Source: Leucoraja ocellata (lineage: Eukaryota). From it: DNA of 64,000 nt. The stretch covers positions 992,001 through 1,056,000 of the forward strand of contig JAWMAR010000321.1 of assembly GCA_036785375.1 (NCBI GenBank). The letters run 5' to 3'. The translations under genes and the position numbers were made by a program. This document shows, in pieces, positions 1-12,685 of this stretch. The stretch's first letter is position 1. The number at the start of each line of letters is the position of its first letter. The notes under the pieces are model-generated. The model did no database searches. It was not told the origin of the DNA and was given only the letters and a program-made list of their open reading frames with translations.

Positions 1-660
1 GTGAGATAGAAGTGTGTACCTCATCTACTGCCTCCAGTTTTCCTGATTTGGCCTCCTGTACAGTTACAAGACCAAGCATAGACTCGGCGACTATTTCGCC
101 AAACACTTGCACTCGGCCCACCAAGGCTCACTGGATTTCCCAGTTGCTAACCATTTTAACTCCTCTTTTCATTCCCACACTGGCCGTTATGTCCTGGGCC
201 TCATCCATTGCCAGAGTGAGGCCACAGGCAAACTGGAGGGAATGGCACCTCATATTCTGCTTGGTTAGCTTACAACCCGATGGTATGAACATTGAGTTCT
301 CCAATTTTAGGTAACCATCAAACATCCTACTCCACTCCCCATATGTTTCCAACCCCTCCCCGCTCTCTCTCCTGTGCTCCACCTGGACTCTCCCTTATTT
401 CTCCTCTCCTTCACCCACATTCCTTCGTCTAGCTTCACAATTCACAACTCTTTAATCCTCTTGTCTCACACCTTTTGTCTTTTCATCTCTGTCCACTGTC
501 CAATCATCTGCCTATCAAAAACCGAATCATCTGTAATCATCTATATCCACCTGCCAGGCTTTGTCCTGCTCCGCTTCTTTTCCAATCGGTCTGCAAACGT
601 CACCTATCCATGATCTCCAGACATGCTGCATAACCTAATGCATTCTCCTGTAATCTGAGC
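1..660 (+). mobile_element. Decayed Penelope-like element 3' fragment (GIY-YIG C-terminus plus 3' UTR/pLTR)
   Basis: Ends ...HLIFCLVSLQPDGMNIEFSNFR* (stop at 314), matching the C-terminus of the intact PLE ORF at 25898-26783; followed by a pyrimidine-rich UTR and decayed pLTR. Confidence 0.85.
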
Positions 661-692
661 CTTTTTCTGAAAGGAGTCTTTCTTAATGCTAA

Positions 693-1261
693 TGGCTAGT
701 TTTCACGGGGCGACTTGACGCAAGATGTAGCCAGAGTGGAGTGGTCGTGGTCTAGCACGATATCACACGATATAACGGGGGTAGAGTAAAGTGTTCCCAC
801 GGTACTCGGCAATTCTGTCATTTGTGCGAGTGACTTGTCCGTCTCCCGATCTTTCCCGTTAATCGTGAATGAACATCGTGGACTGTAGTGTAGTTAATCA
901 CGTGGCACAAATGATGTTACTTTGTTGTCACACACTATATTGTTTTTTTTCACCCGAGCTCTTTAATGAGCTGAAGAATAATCTGTGTTTTTTTAGACAA
1001 ATGTTGTTTGGTGTGATGCACCTTCTCTCAATATGTGCAAGAAGTCGTCTTTTTATTTTGTCAAATATGAATAAACACTGTATCTCACATTGACCGTGAT
1101 GATTGTGTTATTTTATGATCTACTGAGAGGTGAAACTTTCAGTCTGAAGAAGGCTCTCGACCCGAAACGCCACCCGTTCCTTCTCTCCAGAGATGCTGCC
1201 TGTCCCGCGGAGTTGCTCCAAGCAACTGGTGTCTATCTTCAAAAAGGACTGACCAGGACTG

Positions 1262-1299
<38 letters not shown>

Positions 1300-2853
1300 C
1301 CTCTCTCTCACACAGGCATGAATGGATGAACTCTGCGGGCCAGGCAGCATCTACGGAGGGAAATGGACAGGCGACCCATTCTTCAGACTGCCTTATGTCT
1401 CTCTCCCCCCCACCCCCCCCCCTCACCCCAACGCCCACCCACACACACGAATGCTGGAGAAACTCAGCGGGTGCAGCGGGGCCGAAACGTTGTCTATTTC
1501 CTTCGTTCCATAGATGCTGCTGCACCCGCTGAGTTTCTCCAGCATTCGCGTGTGTAGGTGGGAGTTGGGGGGGGGGGGGGGGGGGGGGGGAGAGAGACAT
1601 AAGGCAGCCTGAAGAATGGGTCGCCTGTCCATTTCCCTCCGTAAATGCTGCCTGGCCCGCGGAGTTCCTCCATTCATGCCTGTGTGAGAGGGAGGGAGAG
1701 AGAGAGAGAGAGAGAGAGAGGCACACACAAGGTGGACGCGAAATTTCACCTGCCTGTTTCAGTGACAGACACCCACCGCCAGTAAATGAAGACACTCCCA
1801 TCTGTCTCCCCCTCCTCTCCCTCGACTCCCCCACCTTTCCCTCCCAACTCCAGTCCCGTCCCGACCCCCTGGGGAACTGAAGGTTTCCCGCTGTAATTAA
1901 AGAGTTCCCACGGTAGACTGCAAAACTGGGACCCTGGTTCTGGACTCCCCCCAACATCGGGAACATTCTTCCTCCATCTAGCCCGTAGATACGATTATTT
2001 AATTCAATTAATGATTTCTATCGCCCAGCCTCTCATCTTTCAATCGGGTTCGGCCAGGAAGGAACTGCAGATGCTGGATTAAAACGAAGATAGACACAAC
2101 ATGTAGCTCAGCGAGACAAGCAGCATATCAGAAGGGTCTCGACCCGAAATGTCACCCATTCCTTCTCCCCAAAGATGCTGCCTGCCGTCGAACTCATTCT
2201 CTTTAAACCGGCATCTGCTGTTCCTTCCGACACATACACAAGAAATAAGCAACTTTTCGGGCCGAAACGTTGCCTATTTCCTTCGTTCCATAGATGCTGC
2301 TGCACCCGCTGAGTTTCTCCAGCATGTGTGTGTGTGGGTGGGAGTTGGGGGGGGGGGGGGGGGGGGGGGTAGAGAGATAAGGCAGCCTGAGGAAAGGCTC
2401 GCCTGTCAATTTCCCTCCGTAGATGCTGCCTGGCCCGCGGAGTTCCTCCAGTTAGAAACTGCTTTCAGACAAAAAGAGACACACTGACATTAATGAAATG
2501 CTTGTTAGCTAGTTTTATTAGATTTGTATGTAAATAGCAAACTGGCTGGATTTACTCTATCCAACTTCCGGGTTCACCGTTCGCAGGAGTTCCCACGGTG
2601 ACCGCAAGAGTTACTACGGATATCGCACTGGCCACTACGCTCATAAAATGTTGCAATGCTCAACCACAAGTGTACAAGTCACTCTTGGACAAATTCGAAC
2701 ATGTTTGAATTTTCTCCCGAGTACCCAAGTTACACGATTACCTGCCGTTAGCGCCACGGTGGTCCACGAATGCCGTACTGTTACCGCACGAGGTTCCCAC
2801 GATGTTAAACTCTGGTTACCTCTTGCGTCAAGTCGCCCCGTGAAAAGGGGGTT
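693..2853. mobile_element. PIF/Harbinger-type non-autonomous DNA transposon interrupted by a PLE-derived insertion
   Basis: ~40 bp inverted termini (ttttcacggggcgacttgacgcaaga... at ~700 and ...tcttgcgtcaagtcgccccgtgaaaa at ~2821-2846); TAA at 690-692 and 2854-2856. Confidence 0.75.
1139..2452. mobile_element. Composite of Penelope pLTR fragments in both orientations with (CT)n/(GA)n and poly-G
   Basis: Repeated gatgctgc..cccgctgagtttctccagca pLTR motif; inverted arms ~1260-1478 and ~1515-1721; ~2258-2450 repeats ~1480-1672. Confidence 0.8.
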
Positions 2854-3811
2854 TAATGAAAACAATGGGGGGGGGGGGGGGAGGCATGAACAGGATACAG
2901 AAGTAGATGATTAGCCTTAATCATGTTGAATTGTTGACCTGCTCTAACACCAGTATCTTATGATTCTATAAATTCTGCATCTGTGTAGAATAACATGCCA
3001 GTCACATGGTGACTGCATGCCTGAAAGGCACCAAGGACAATACAGTAGAGATCATTCTGCGGTTGGCTTGAATTACCATATGGAGGTCATCTTATGTTTT
3101 TGCAGGCAGAATGCTGCAAACTGATGGCTATGGTTGTACTTCCTCATTAAATTGCTCCAGTGCCCCCAGGGAATACCTTGCAATGTTCATCTTTTCATTA
3201 TATATTCTCATAGGATGTGTTACCTGCTTTTGTTTGGGTGGCAGCTGACATATTGTGACCAACATCTTCCATTAAAAAAAATCTGCCTGGCTCTAGTTGG
3301 CCCTCTCTTGCTGTTCCTCTTACTTTATGATTTCTAAAGGAGAATATAACAACCCCAAACTTTTCTTATTGCAGCCAGAGATTCAGAATCGGATCCAGGC
3401 TAAGTGCAAAAGAGTACCGAAAGAATGTACTTTCCAGTTCCGGTCCAGTTTCCAGCAGTGTTTCAGACTCCCAACTCTATCCATCTCAATTGATTCTCTG
3501 AACATCTGGCTCGTGCATCTCACTCTGTATCCCCCAGCTGAAAGATCCAGGTCTTGTTGCACAGATGTAGTTTGCCTAATTATCTGAAGTATTGCAGATG
3601 AAACTGAACTCTGCAGTGTTTAGCAAATATCCTCACCCCTCACCTTATGATGGATGAAGTCATTGATGAGGCAGCCAAAGGTAGTTGAGCCAAAGTGCTA
3701 CAGTACGGTATTGCTACAAAAATGAGATCATTTGCCTTCAGTAATCACAATAACCTTTTTAAACTCTCGATATGATTGAAGAATGTAGTAAATGTCCTCT
3801 TTCTTCCCATT

Positions 3812-3900
3812 AGACAATGGGTGCAGGAGTAGGCCATTCAGCCCTTCGAGCCAGCACCGCCAATCACTGTGATCATGGCTGATCATCCACAATCAATAAT
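3812..3900 (-). mobile_element. CR1 LINE 3' tail
   Basis: ggtgcaggagtaggccattcagcccttcgagcc is the reverse complement of the CR1 tail at 10810-10870. Confidence 0.8.
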
Positions 3901-3967
3901 ATAATTTTTTTTTTACAGCTCCTCTTTGATTTCAAGAGCATTCATTTTGAACTCGCCTCTGGAACAT

Positions 3968-4260
3968 AGTTTAGTTTAGATACAGCACAGAAACAGGCCC
4001 TTCGGCCCACCAAGCTTGCACCGACCAGCAGTCCCCACATATTAACACTGCCCAACACTAGGGACAATTTTACATTGATACCAAGCCAATTAAGCTACAA
4101 ACGATCACGTCTTTGGAGTGTGGGAGGAAACCAAAGACCTCGAAAATCAACACAGGGCACGGGGAGAAGGTACAAACTCCGTAAAGACAAGCACCCGTAG
4201 TCAGGATCGAACCCGGGTCCCTGGTGCTGTAAGACAGCAACTCTACCACTGTGCCACCAT
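3968..4260 (-). mobile_element. HE1-like V-SINE (tRNA-derived)
   Basis: Minus-strand A box (tggcacagtgg) and B box (gggttcgatcc), V-domain, CR1-like tail ending (ctaaa)n; homologous to 40497-40818. Confidence 0.85.
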
Positions 4261-4261
4261 A

Positions 4262-4960
4262 GTGTAGTTTAATTTAGTTTATTGTCACGTATACTGAGTG
4301 AAAAGCTTTTATTGCATGTTAACCTGTCAATGGGAAGACTATACATGATTACAATCAAGGCATCAACAATGCACAGTCACATGATAAGGGGAATAATGTT
4401 TAGTGCAGGATAAAGACCAGTAAAGTCCGATTAAAGATAGACCGGGAATCTCTAGTGAGGTAGATAGTAGCTCAGGCCTGCTCGTTAGTTGTTGATAGGA
4501 TGGTGCAGTTGCCTGATAACAGCTGGAAAGAAACTGTCCCTGAATCCGGAGGTGTGCATTTTCACTCCTCTGTACTTTTTGCCTGATGGGAGATGGGAGA
4601 AGGAGGAGTGAGAATTGCCCATGATGATGCCGGTGGCCTTACCAAAGGCAGTGTGAAGTGTAGATGGAGTTAATGGAAGGGAGGTTGGTTTGTGTGATAG
4701 TCTGGGCTGTGTCCACAATTCTCTGCAATATCTTACAGTCTGGGATGGAGCTGCTCCTAAACCATGCTGTAATGCAGCCCGATAAAATGCTTTCTACAGC
4801 GCATCTGTAGAAGTTGGTGAGAGTTGTCGGGGACATGCCAAACTTCTTAAGTAGAGGTGTGTTTTCTTGAACATTGCTTTGGTGTGGGGGGGGGGGGGGG
4901 GGTCCAGAACAAATTGCTGGTGTTATTTACTCCAAGGATATTAAAGCTTTCAACCATCTC
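4262..4960 (-). mobile_element. Rex1/Babar-type LINE 3' fragment
   Basis: ORF pieces TLTNFYRCAVESILSGCITAWF and LPSGKKYRG..FRDSFFPAVIRQL (post-RT C-terminal region); frameshifted. Confidence 0.85.
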
Positions 4961-5203
4961 TATTTTATATTGTTCAAGTTTGGAGCAAGTTTGTGATGGG
5001 TTCTAAAGCTTACTAGTGAATTCAAACAGTCAACTTGTGTGCAGGTTATTGGTAACGATGTGCTGTCCGATAACACTGTCATCAACACCTTGAGACTTGA
5101 CTGATGTGGGAATAACTAGCAGAATCAGATTTTCCTTACTTTTTGTGAACAACGCATGCATGGGGTAATTTTTCACACGAGGGCAAGCTGTGTGCACCAT
5201 ATG

Positions 5204-5824
5204 TGTAACGGGTATAGCTTGGATCCAATAGCAGCACAGAGTAGAAACACAGGAATGGGTACACCGTACTCACATAGAGGCTCAGGATTGAGCGAGGGTT
5301 CCGAAGAGGGGCAGGCAGGAGACGTAGTCGGGGTAGCGGAAGGTCTGGTAACCAGGAGATCCAACACACGATGCAAACAAACCAGCGAGGGACAGACAAA
5401 AGGAGAGTCGAAGCCAGGCAGGAAGTCGAGGAGCCGTTGCAGGGATACACCAAACAGCCCAGGCGAGAGGCAGACAGAAACCAGGAGGTACGGGACGAAG
5501 GCTGTGGACAGAAGGCTGAGGTGATATCCGGGAAGACGACAGGACGGAATGGTCAGGGGCAGGCAGGTTTGAATCCGTGTAGGCAGTCGGGAAATCGCTG
5601 GAGAGTCTTGCATGAATGCTGAGAACAATCTGGCACTGTGTGAACGGTGAGGATAGTCTATATACCGGGTTAATAGGTGATCAGAGGCCACTGAGTGCAA
5701 CAGGTGAGGAGAGTTGGGCTGATGAGAGGGGAGTGGCAGGCAGGCAGGTGAGGAGAAGGAGGGACCGGTGGAAAAGTACCGGGAGGTGAAGTGGATGAGA
5801 ATGAGGAGAGGGCAGACTGTGACA
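5204..5824 (-). mobile_element. Solo LTR (Gypsy-like)
   Basis: TGT...ACA termini; exact 5-bp TSD ATATG at 5199-5203 and 5825-5829; TATA-like tatata near 5660; orientation inferred. Confidence 0.85.
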
Positions 5825-6544
5825 ATATGTTGTTAAATTCCATATGCATTGTGCTCTATGCATTGTCCTTGACTAGTGAACTAGCCAGAAATTTACTTTT
5901 GTGATGATGGAGCTCTCAAAAGAAAGCTAGGATGGATCATTCACCGGTTACTTCATGTTAAGGGTGATTACAAAAAATGTAACATTGCATTTTATGCTCA
6001 CATATGCCGTCACTGTTAAGTTGGTGGAACCTCATGGATCTCCTTGTTAGCTCTTTGATTGTCCACCACTATTCATGGCAGAATTTGACAAATTTGCAGA
6101 ACATTGATCTAGATAATTGCTTGTGAAATGATTTACCTCTGTCTGCAATACAACACCACTGTTATATATTGTGCATGAAGTCCTATGCTATAGTTTTACC
6201 AACTTGGCATCACATTTTTAGGAGTAACTGCTACCCTTCCTTGAATGCTCTCTTATAATCTCTACTGACGGTTTTCATGTCCTGACTTGTGATGATAAAT
6301 GAATGCCCAGCAGTAAGTTAGGTGTATAGGATACCATAGGTGACAGTTTGCCAGAATGCAAGTTCTGCTGCAGAGATTCCAGGTGGTTTCTTCGAGGTTT
6401 CTAAGCTACTGAATGCAGAGTATAGGTGTGCAGAAAATTCTACACATACTGGCAATGGTTCAGAGCATAGGGGTCCACCTTTAATTTGTGGCGGGTCTTT
6501 GCACAGAACATCCCCAGCACCGATTAAATAGATAGCTTGATGAT

Positions 6545-6920
6545 AGTCTGAGCTTTAATTTCTTATTGTCACATATACCAAGGTACAGTGAAAACTATGC
6601 TTTTCATGCTATCCAATCAAATTGGATAATACTATTCATTAGTATTATCAAACCATCTCAAATGCAATAGGTGGAGCAGAGGGGAAGGTGCAGAGTGCAG
6701 AATTGTAGCGTAACAGTTCCATAGACAACGTCCAATGTACTCAATGGGGCAGAGGTGAATCAAACCCTTGCTTATGGAAGGACCATTCAGAAGACTCAGG
6801 AAGAAGCTGTTCCTGAGTCTGGCGTTGCACGCTTTCAAGCTTCTGTTTCTTCTACAAGATGGGAACAGGGAGAAGAAGGAATTACCAGAGTGGGACAAAT
6901 CTTTGATTATGTTGGCTTAT
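6545..6920 (-). mobile_element. Rex1/Babar-type LINE 3' fragment
   Basis: HSGNSFFSLFPSCRRNRSLKACNARLRNSFF; tail ...gtgacaataa on the minus strand. Confidence 0.8.
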
Positions 6921-8769
6921 TCATTTAATACAAAATTATTCATTTCATACAAAATCTGCCAATTTTGCTTTTAATCACATTCTGACATATTTATGAGAGG
7001 CTACATATTCTAATGCTATTTATCCAGTGCTTGCTAATCTTACTTTTGCTTCAGAATGAGGATGTTGTAAGTCGAGGATGTTGAGGATGTTGTAAGTCGA
7101 CCCAGACCTTCTGTAACCGGAATACTCATTGAAAGCTGCCTGATGATCTTTGTTGGGTTTGTTTTCTTTTCTTGATGGGGCTGGGGCTTTCTTTTAAAAA
7201 TTCACATCATCTAGTTGTAGCCATTGGTGACGTAACGGAACCATCAGGAAATTGGATCGGATTTATCAGCTTGCAGGCAAATCCAGAAAGTGAAACAAAA
7301 GATTAAGGGATATTTTTGTTTTGTATTTTCAATTATATTCAATTCCATATTATTTATTTAGAGATGTTACATCATGACTTTTCCATACCATTGGCTGCTG
7401 AGATTACTTTCTGGATGGCATTACTGTGTGCATTACTACCTTAACTGTAAATGATATGTTGACTTTTCACTTTCAATCAGCTGACAATTCATTTTCATGT
7501 TTCCACCATAACTTTCCACACATTTCTCAATGTAAAAAACAAACATTTTTATTGGTCACCATGATGGACAGTGGATTCTTTACACCATTGCTACTTCCAT
7601 AGCAAACAAAATATAAGCTAATTTGAAAAAAAGAAGTGTTATTTTTCATTAATTTCTATTGTTGTCCAATTTGTTTCAAATCAATTCCTTCAGTGTAGCA
7701 CCCGATCTTCATTGAGCACATGGCTGTTCTGTAAAGGATGACAATGTGGTTACAATGAATGTAGCTTTTGACAGGGTTCCTTATGATTGGAAAACCCCTT
7801 TCCCTTACTGTTGGAATCCATGTTTCATTAGGAGGTGTTTAGTTTCACTTAATATTGCAAAGCAAACACTCATGAATTTATTCACACGCTGGTTTTATTC
7901 AGCTCATCCTAGTTAGATCATTTTGGAAAATGTCATAGGATTAAAAACTGTCAAACATATCGCACGTAAACTTGGGTGGCATTATTCTTGCTGGGTCTGG
8001 ATTGTAACTTGCACTTTTGCTGCAATGAATTGGATTGGCGCACTATCTGAAAACAATTAACACCCATTTGGCAGAAATTCACCACACATTTCAGAACTAA
8101 CATTCGCATGGGAATTTGAAACATTAGTGTACCTCCTTGTTAAATTGTCTTTCCATATGTTTTTAGTTATACAAACTTAAGGTTTTTAAGGGAAAGAACA
8201 GGCTTTGGCCATCAATGTATATTATATACCAGAATTACTGTGATTCTACATATGTGGTATAATTACAGTACTGCTCATGAGGAACACATAGCAGGGTTGT
8301 CAGAGGAGGTCACTGCTGCTGGTCTGTCTTTGTGCATTGACAATGCTCATGTAAATTTATTCCAATGTGGCTCTGGCCACATTCAAGCTATTCATTTGCA
8401 TTCAGTGCATAATAACTCTCTGCTAAACTATTTGTATGTCATTAACTGTGCCGGGTGCACACAGTAGCTTCATTTCTCACAATTGTCTTGGTTTTATTTT
8501 CCCGTTATTTTTGCTTTTGGGAAAGTAGGTACTTTATTTCTTTCATGTTCTGGTTAGGAATTAATTTCCCTCTGTCGAGAAAATGATGATGATCTGAATT
8601 TTCTTTAAATTACACAGTGACAGAACAATATCGCCCTTTTCCATGAAGACAATTAGGGACAGTGTGCTTCATTAGAGAGAAATTGTCTGATCAGATTTAA
8701 ATATTTTATATGCGAGCTGAGTTGGACAAACTGAATGAATGTAGGGAAGAAGCCATTGCATCCCCAATT

Positions 8770-9100
8770 TGGGCAAATCATTTCACAATCAGTTCATTAC
8801 TTTTGAAATGCATTCATTGTTCATTAGGGTAATGCACCAGACTGCACACAAAAAAAATGTCCATGATTTGCAACTGAAATAAATGATTTGTTTCTCTGAT
8901 TTTATGGATGATATTTGAATGAAGAACATTGGCCAACATTCCTAGGGATATTTTGTGTTCCTTTATGAATAGCATTATGGGATTTAACATTCAAAAAGAC
9001 GGCCATATGGATTCTTGAATATTGAAAACAATGGCTCAGAAGCATGTGCCACAATATACAGAAATGCCAGCCTTGGTTATAAAGAGCTCAAGCAGTGAAG
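8770..9100 (-). mobile_element. Highly decayed DeuSINE (SacSINE/AmnSINE-like) relic
   Basis: aacattggccaacattcctagggata..gaatagcattatgggatttaaca resembles the reverse complement of the Deu core (recognised from memory, no alignment run). Confidence 0.45.
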
Positions 9101-9244
9101 GAGGAGCACAGAATTCCATTGCACAGATCACGGACCAAGTAATATTAAGCTTTTTTATATTTGAAAAGCACCTATATTTGGAAGGTATGGTGTGAAGGTT
9201 ATATTATAATTTCTTGTCCATAACTAGACCATTACTAGTTGATG

Positions 9245-10152
9245 GCGGACAAAAATGCTGGAGAAACTCAGCGGGTGAGGCAGCATCTATGGAGCGAAGG
9301 AAATAGGCAACTTTTTGGGCCGAAACCCTTCTTCAGACTGATGTGAGTGTGAGGGGATGTGGCGGGAAGAGGAAAGGAAGAGGTGGAGCCAGTGGGCTGA
9401 AGAGAGCTGAGAAGGGGAGGAGAAAGTAAGGACTACCTGAAATTGGAGAAGTCAATGTTCATACCGCTGGGGTGTAAACTGCCCAAGTGAAATATGAGGT
9501 GCTGCTCCGCCAATTTACGGTGGTCCTCACTCTGTCCATGGAGGAGGCTGAGGACAGAAAGGTCGGATTCGGAATGGGAGGGGTCCTTGAATGGAGTCAT
9601 GAAGTCTCCGATACATAGATCTCCATAGATGAGGCTCTCACCAGGTTCTCTTCTATACCCCGTGACTCTACTCTCACTCCCCAACCCCCCCCCCCACTCG
9701 CAACAAGGGCAGAGTCCCCCTTGTCCTCACCTTCCACCCCACCAGCCGTCACGTACAACAAATAATCCTCCGTCAGTTTCGCCACCTCCAACGTGACCCC
9801 ACCACTCGCCACATCTTCCCATCTCTCCCCCCCTGTCTGCTTTCCGCAGAGACCGCTCCCTCCGTAACTCCCTGGTCAATTCGTCACTTCTCACCCAAAC
9901 CACCCCCTCTCCGGGCACTTTCCCTTGCAACCGCTAGAAATGCTACACTTGTCGCTCTACCACTCCCCTTGACACCATTCAAAGACCCAAGCAGTCTTTC
10001 CAAGTACGGCAGAGGTTCACCTGCACCTCCTCTAACCTCATCTATTGCATCTGCTCTAGATGTCAGCTGCTCTACATCGGTGAGACCAAGCGTAGGCTTG
10101 GCGATCACTTTGCCGAACACCTCCGCTTGGTTCACAATAACCAACCTGATTC
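9245..10152. mobile_element. Penelope-like element with internal inversion
   Basis: Minus arm ~9245-9583 encodes SHSESDLSVL..HLIFHLGSLHPSGMNIDFSNFR* plus pLTR; plus arm ~9620-10152 encodes the upstream linker and GIY-YIG (ctctacatcggtgagaccaag = LYIGETK). Confidence 0.9.
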
Positions 10153-10169
10153 CTGGTGGGGTTACGTAA

Positions 10170-10885
10170 GGGGAAGGTGCAGCTGAGACCTGGGTGTCCT
10201 TGGACACCAGACACTGAAAGTTGGCGGGCAGGTACAGCAGGCAGTGAAGAAAGCTAATGGAATGTTGGCCTTCATAACAAGAGGATTTCAGTATAGGAGT
10301 AAAGAGGTTTTCTGCAGTTGTATAGGGCTCTGGTAAGTCCACATCTGGAGTATTGTGTACAGTTTTGGTCTCCTAATGAGGAAGGACATCCTTGTGATTG
10401 AGGCAGTGAAGCGTAGGTTCACGAGATTGATCCCTGGGATGGCGGGACTGTTATATGAGAGAAGATTGAAAATACTAGGCTTGTATTCACTGGAGTTTAG
10501 AAGGATGAGGGGGGATCTTATAGAGACATATAAAATTATAAAAGGACTGGACAAGCTAGATGCAGGAAAAATGTTCCCAGGGGCCACAGTCTTAGAATAA
10601 AGGGGAGGCCATTTAAGACTGAGGTGAGAAAAAACGTTTTCACCCAGGGAGTTGTGAATTTGTGGAATTTCCTGCCACTGAGGGCAGTGGAGGCCAAATC
10701 ACTGGATGGATTTAAGAGAGAGTTAGATAGAGCTCTAGGGGCTAGTGGAAACAAGGGATATGGGGAGAAGGCAGGCACGGGTTATTGATTGGGGACGATC
10801 AGCCATGATCACAATGAATGACGGTGCTGGCTCGAAGGACCGAATGGCCTCCTCCTGCACCTATTTTTTATATGTTTCTATATTC
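10170..10885 (+). mobile_element. CR1 LINE 3' fragment
   Basis: RRFTRLIPGMAGLLYERRLKILGLYSLEFRRMRGDLIETYKI, typical CR1 ORF2 C-terminus; CR1 3' UTR. Confidence 0.92.
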
Positions 10886-11094
10886 TGATCATGAAAATCC
10901 ATGCATGTGTATTAGTTGCAAGACTTTGACACTCATGCCTGCTCCACCATTTAATAAAATAAAATGATTGCCACCACAGCTCTACATACCTATCTACCTC
11001 TGGCAATGTTTTACCCCCAAAAGATAAATTACTTACCTAAAAGTGGAACCAGGAGAAGGCATTGTGCTCTTTTCCACCTGGCATTAATAGAAGC

Positions 11095-11690
11095 AGTCAC
11101 AATAGAGTTGTAGTCATGCCGACCAACATACCCGAATTAAAATTGACACACTTGCCTGCTTTTGGCCCATATCTAGGCCATACCTAAACCTATTCTATCC
11201 ATAAAGCTGTCTAAATGTTTCTTAAATGTTGCGATAGTACCTGCCTCAACTACCTCCTCCAGCAGCTCATTTCATACACCCACCACCCTTTGAATTAAAA
11301 AAAAGTTACCCTTCTGGTTCCATTTACTTTTTTTCCCTCACCTTAAACCTATGTCTTCTAGTTCTTGATACTCCTAATCTGGGCAAACGACTCTGTGCAT
11401 TTACTCATTCTATTCCTCTCATGATCTTATACACCTCTCTAAGATCACCCCTTATTCTCCAGCGCCTCAAGGAATAAAGACCCAGCCTGCTCAATCTCTC
11501 CCTATAGATCAGGCCACCAAGTCCTGGCAACATCCTTGTAAATCTCTGCACCATTACCAGCTTGATAACATCTTTCCTATTATATGGTGACCAAAACTGA
11601 ACACAATGCTCTAAATGTGGCCCCATCAATGGCTTGTATGATGGTAAAAAGACCTCCCAACTTCTATACACAATATTTTGACTGATGAAA
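11095..11690 (-). mobile_element. CR1 LINE 3' fragment
   Basis: PHLEHCVQFWSPY..RLSRLGLYSL..RGDLREVYKIMRG. Confidence 0.9.
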
Positions 11691-12685
11691 GCCTTTTCGA
11701 CAATCCTACACCTCGCTTCGTCACAATATCCAGCCCCGTGTTCCACAGTCCAAGCAGCTTCTACAGAATTCCCTCTCTGGCCCACATTTCCTGCTCATGG
11801 GATCTTTGGCACATTTCTAGGTACTATTGCTTCACCGGCGGGGTTTTTAATTTACTCTCCTCTAGCTTGTCATGGATTACTGCCTTTATTAAAATGTGGC
11901 CAAATACTCAGGTACATCTGGCCTTGCAATTTAGCCACACGGAATCGCACTGTGCCTTAGAAATGTGCACACCTGCATAAGTGGAGGCTGTGGAAGAGCA
12001 TGAAGTTGGAGAAATCAGAAAAAAAATCTTCAACATATACTCCTATTTAAAAACTTGATCCGATATTTTCCACCTGTTGCTCAATTCAGATCACTTTCTC
12101 CATGTCATTTATTGTTTTACTGACATAAATAAATGTGGTTTCCTCACAATTGCTGCAGTAATTTTTAAGTGCATGTGTAATCCTTATCTCCTTTTGGGTG
12201 AAGACATTATTGTAATCCCTCTGTCCGATTTGAGACTTTGCATCCTGGAACGAGAATCCCAACTGGGTGATTATTGAATTGGACTCCAATGACATCAAAT
12301 GTAAAATGCCTGCAGACATCTAGTTTTGCTGTGAAGTGAGAATAGTTAATGTAGAAAGTAAGGACGCGGTAATGACAATGTTGGAATAATTTCCCTGTGG
12401 CTCAGAAGCCCGTGTGCCATACAGTATGTGGGAGACATTGACCAACTGAAAAAGTAATACTTAAAATCTGTGTAACATTGTCACCTTTGGAGATTTGGCG
12501 GTTGATGTCTTTATATTGCTCACTATTTACCTGCAATACAGTGATAGTGGAAGTGAAGCAGTGATTGTGATAGCTTGCCATGCCACTCATGGAAATGTTA
12601 AATCCACAATTATCTTTGTGGATAAAACTGACCTGATGCTCATTGATATCTGGGACCATTAGCAGAGGATCAGGAAGAGCATAAG

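Noticed and set aside
1139-1966. 275-aa minus-strand ORF
   Set aside because: Runs through microsatellites, poly-G and pLTR repeats; low-complexity translation with no domain
5136-5700. Overlapping ORFs in both strands
   Set aside because: Lie within a GC-rich solo LTR; no gag/pol motifs
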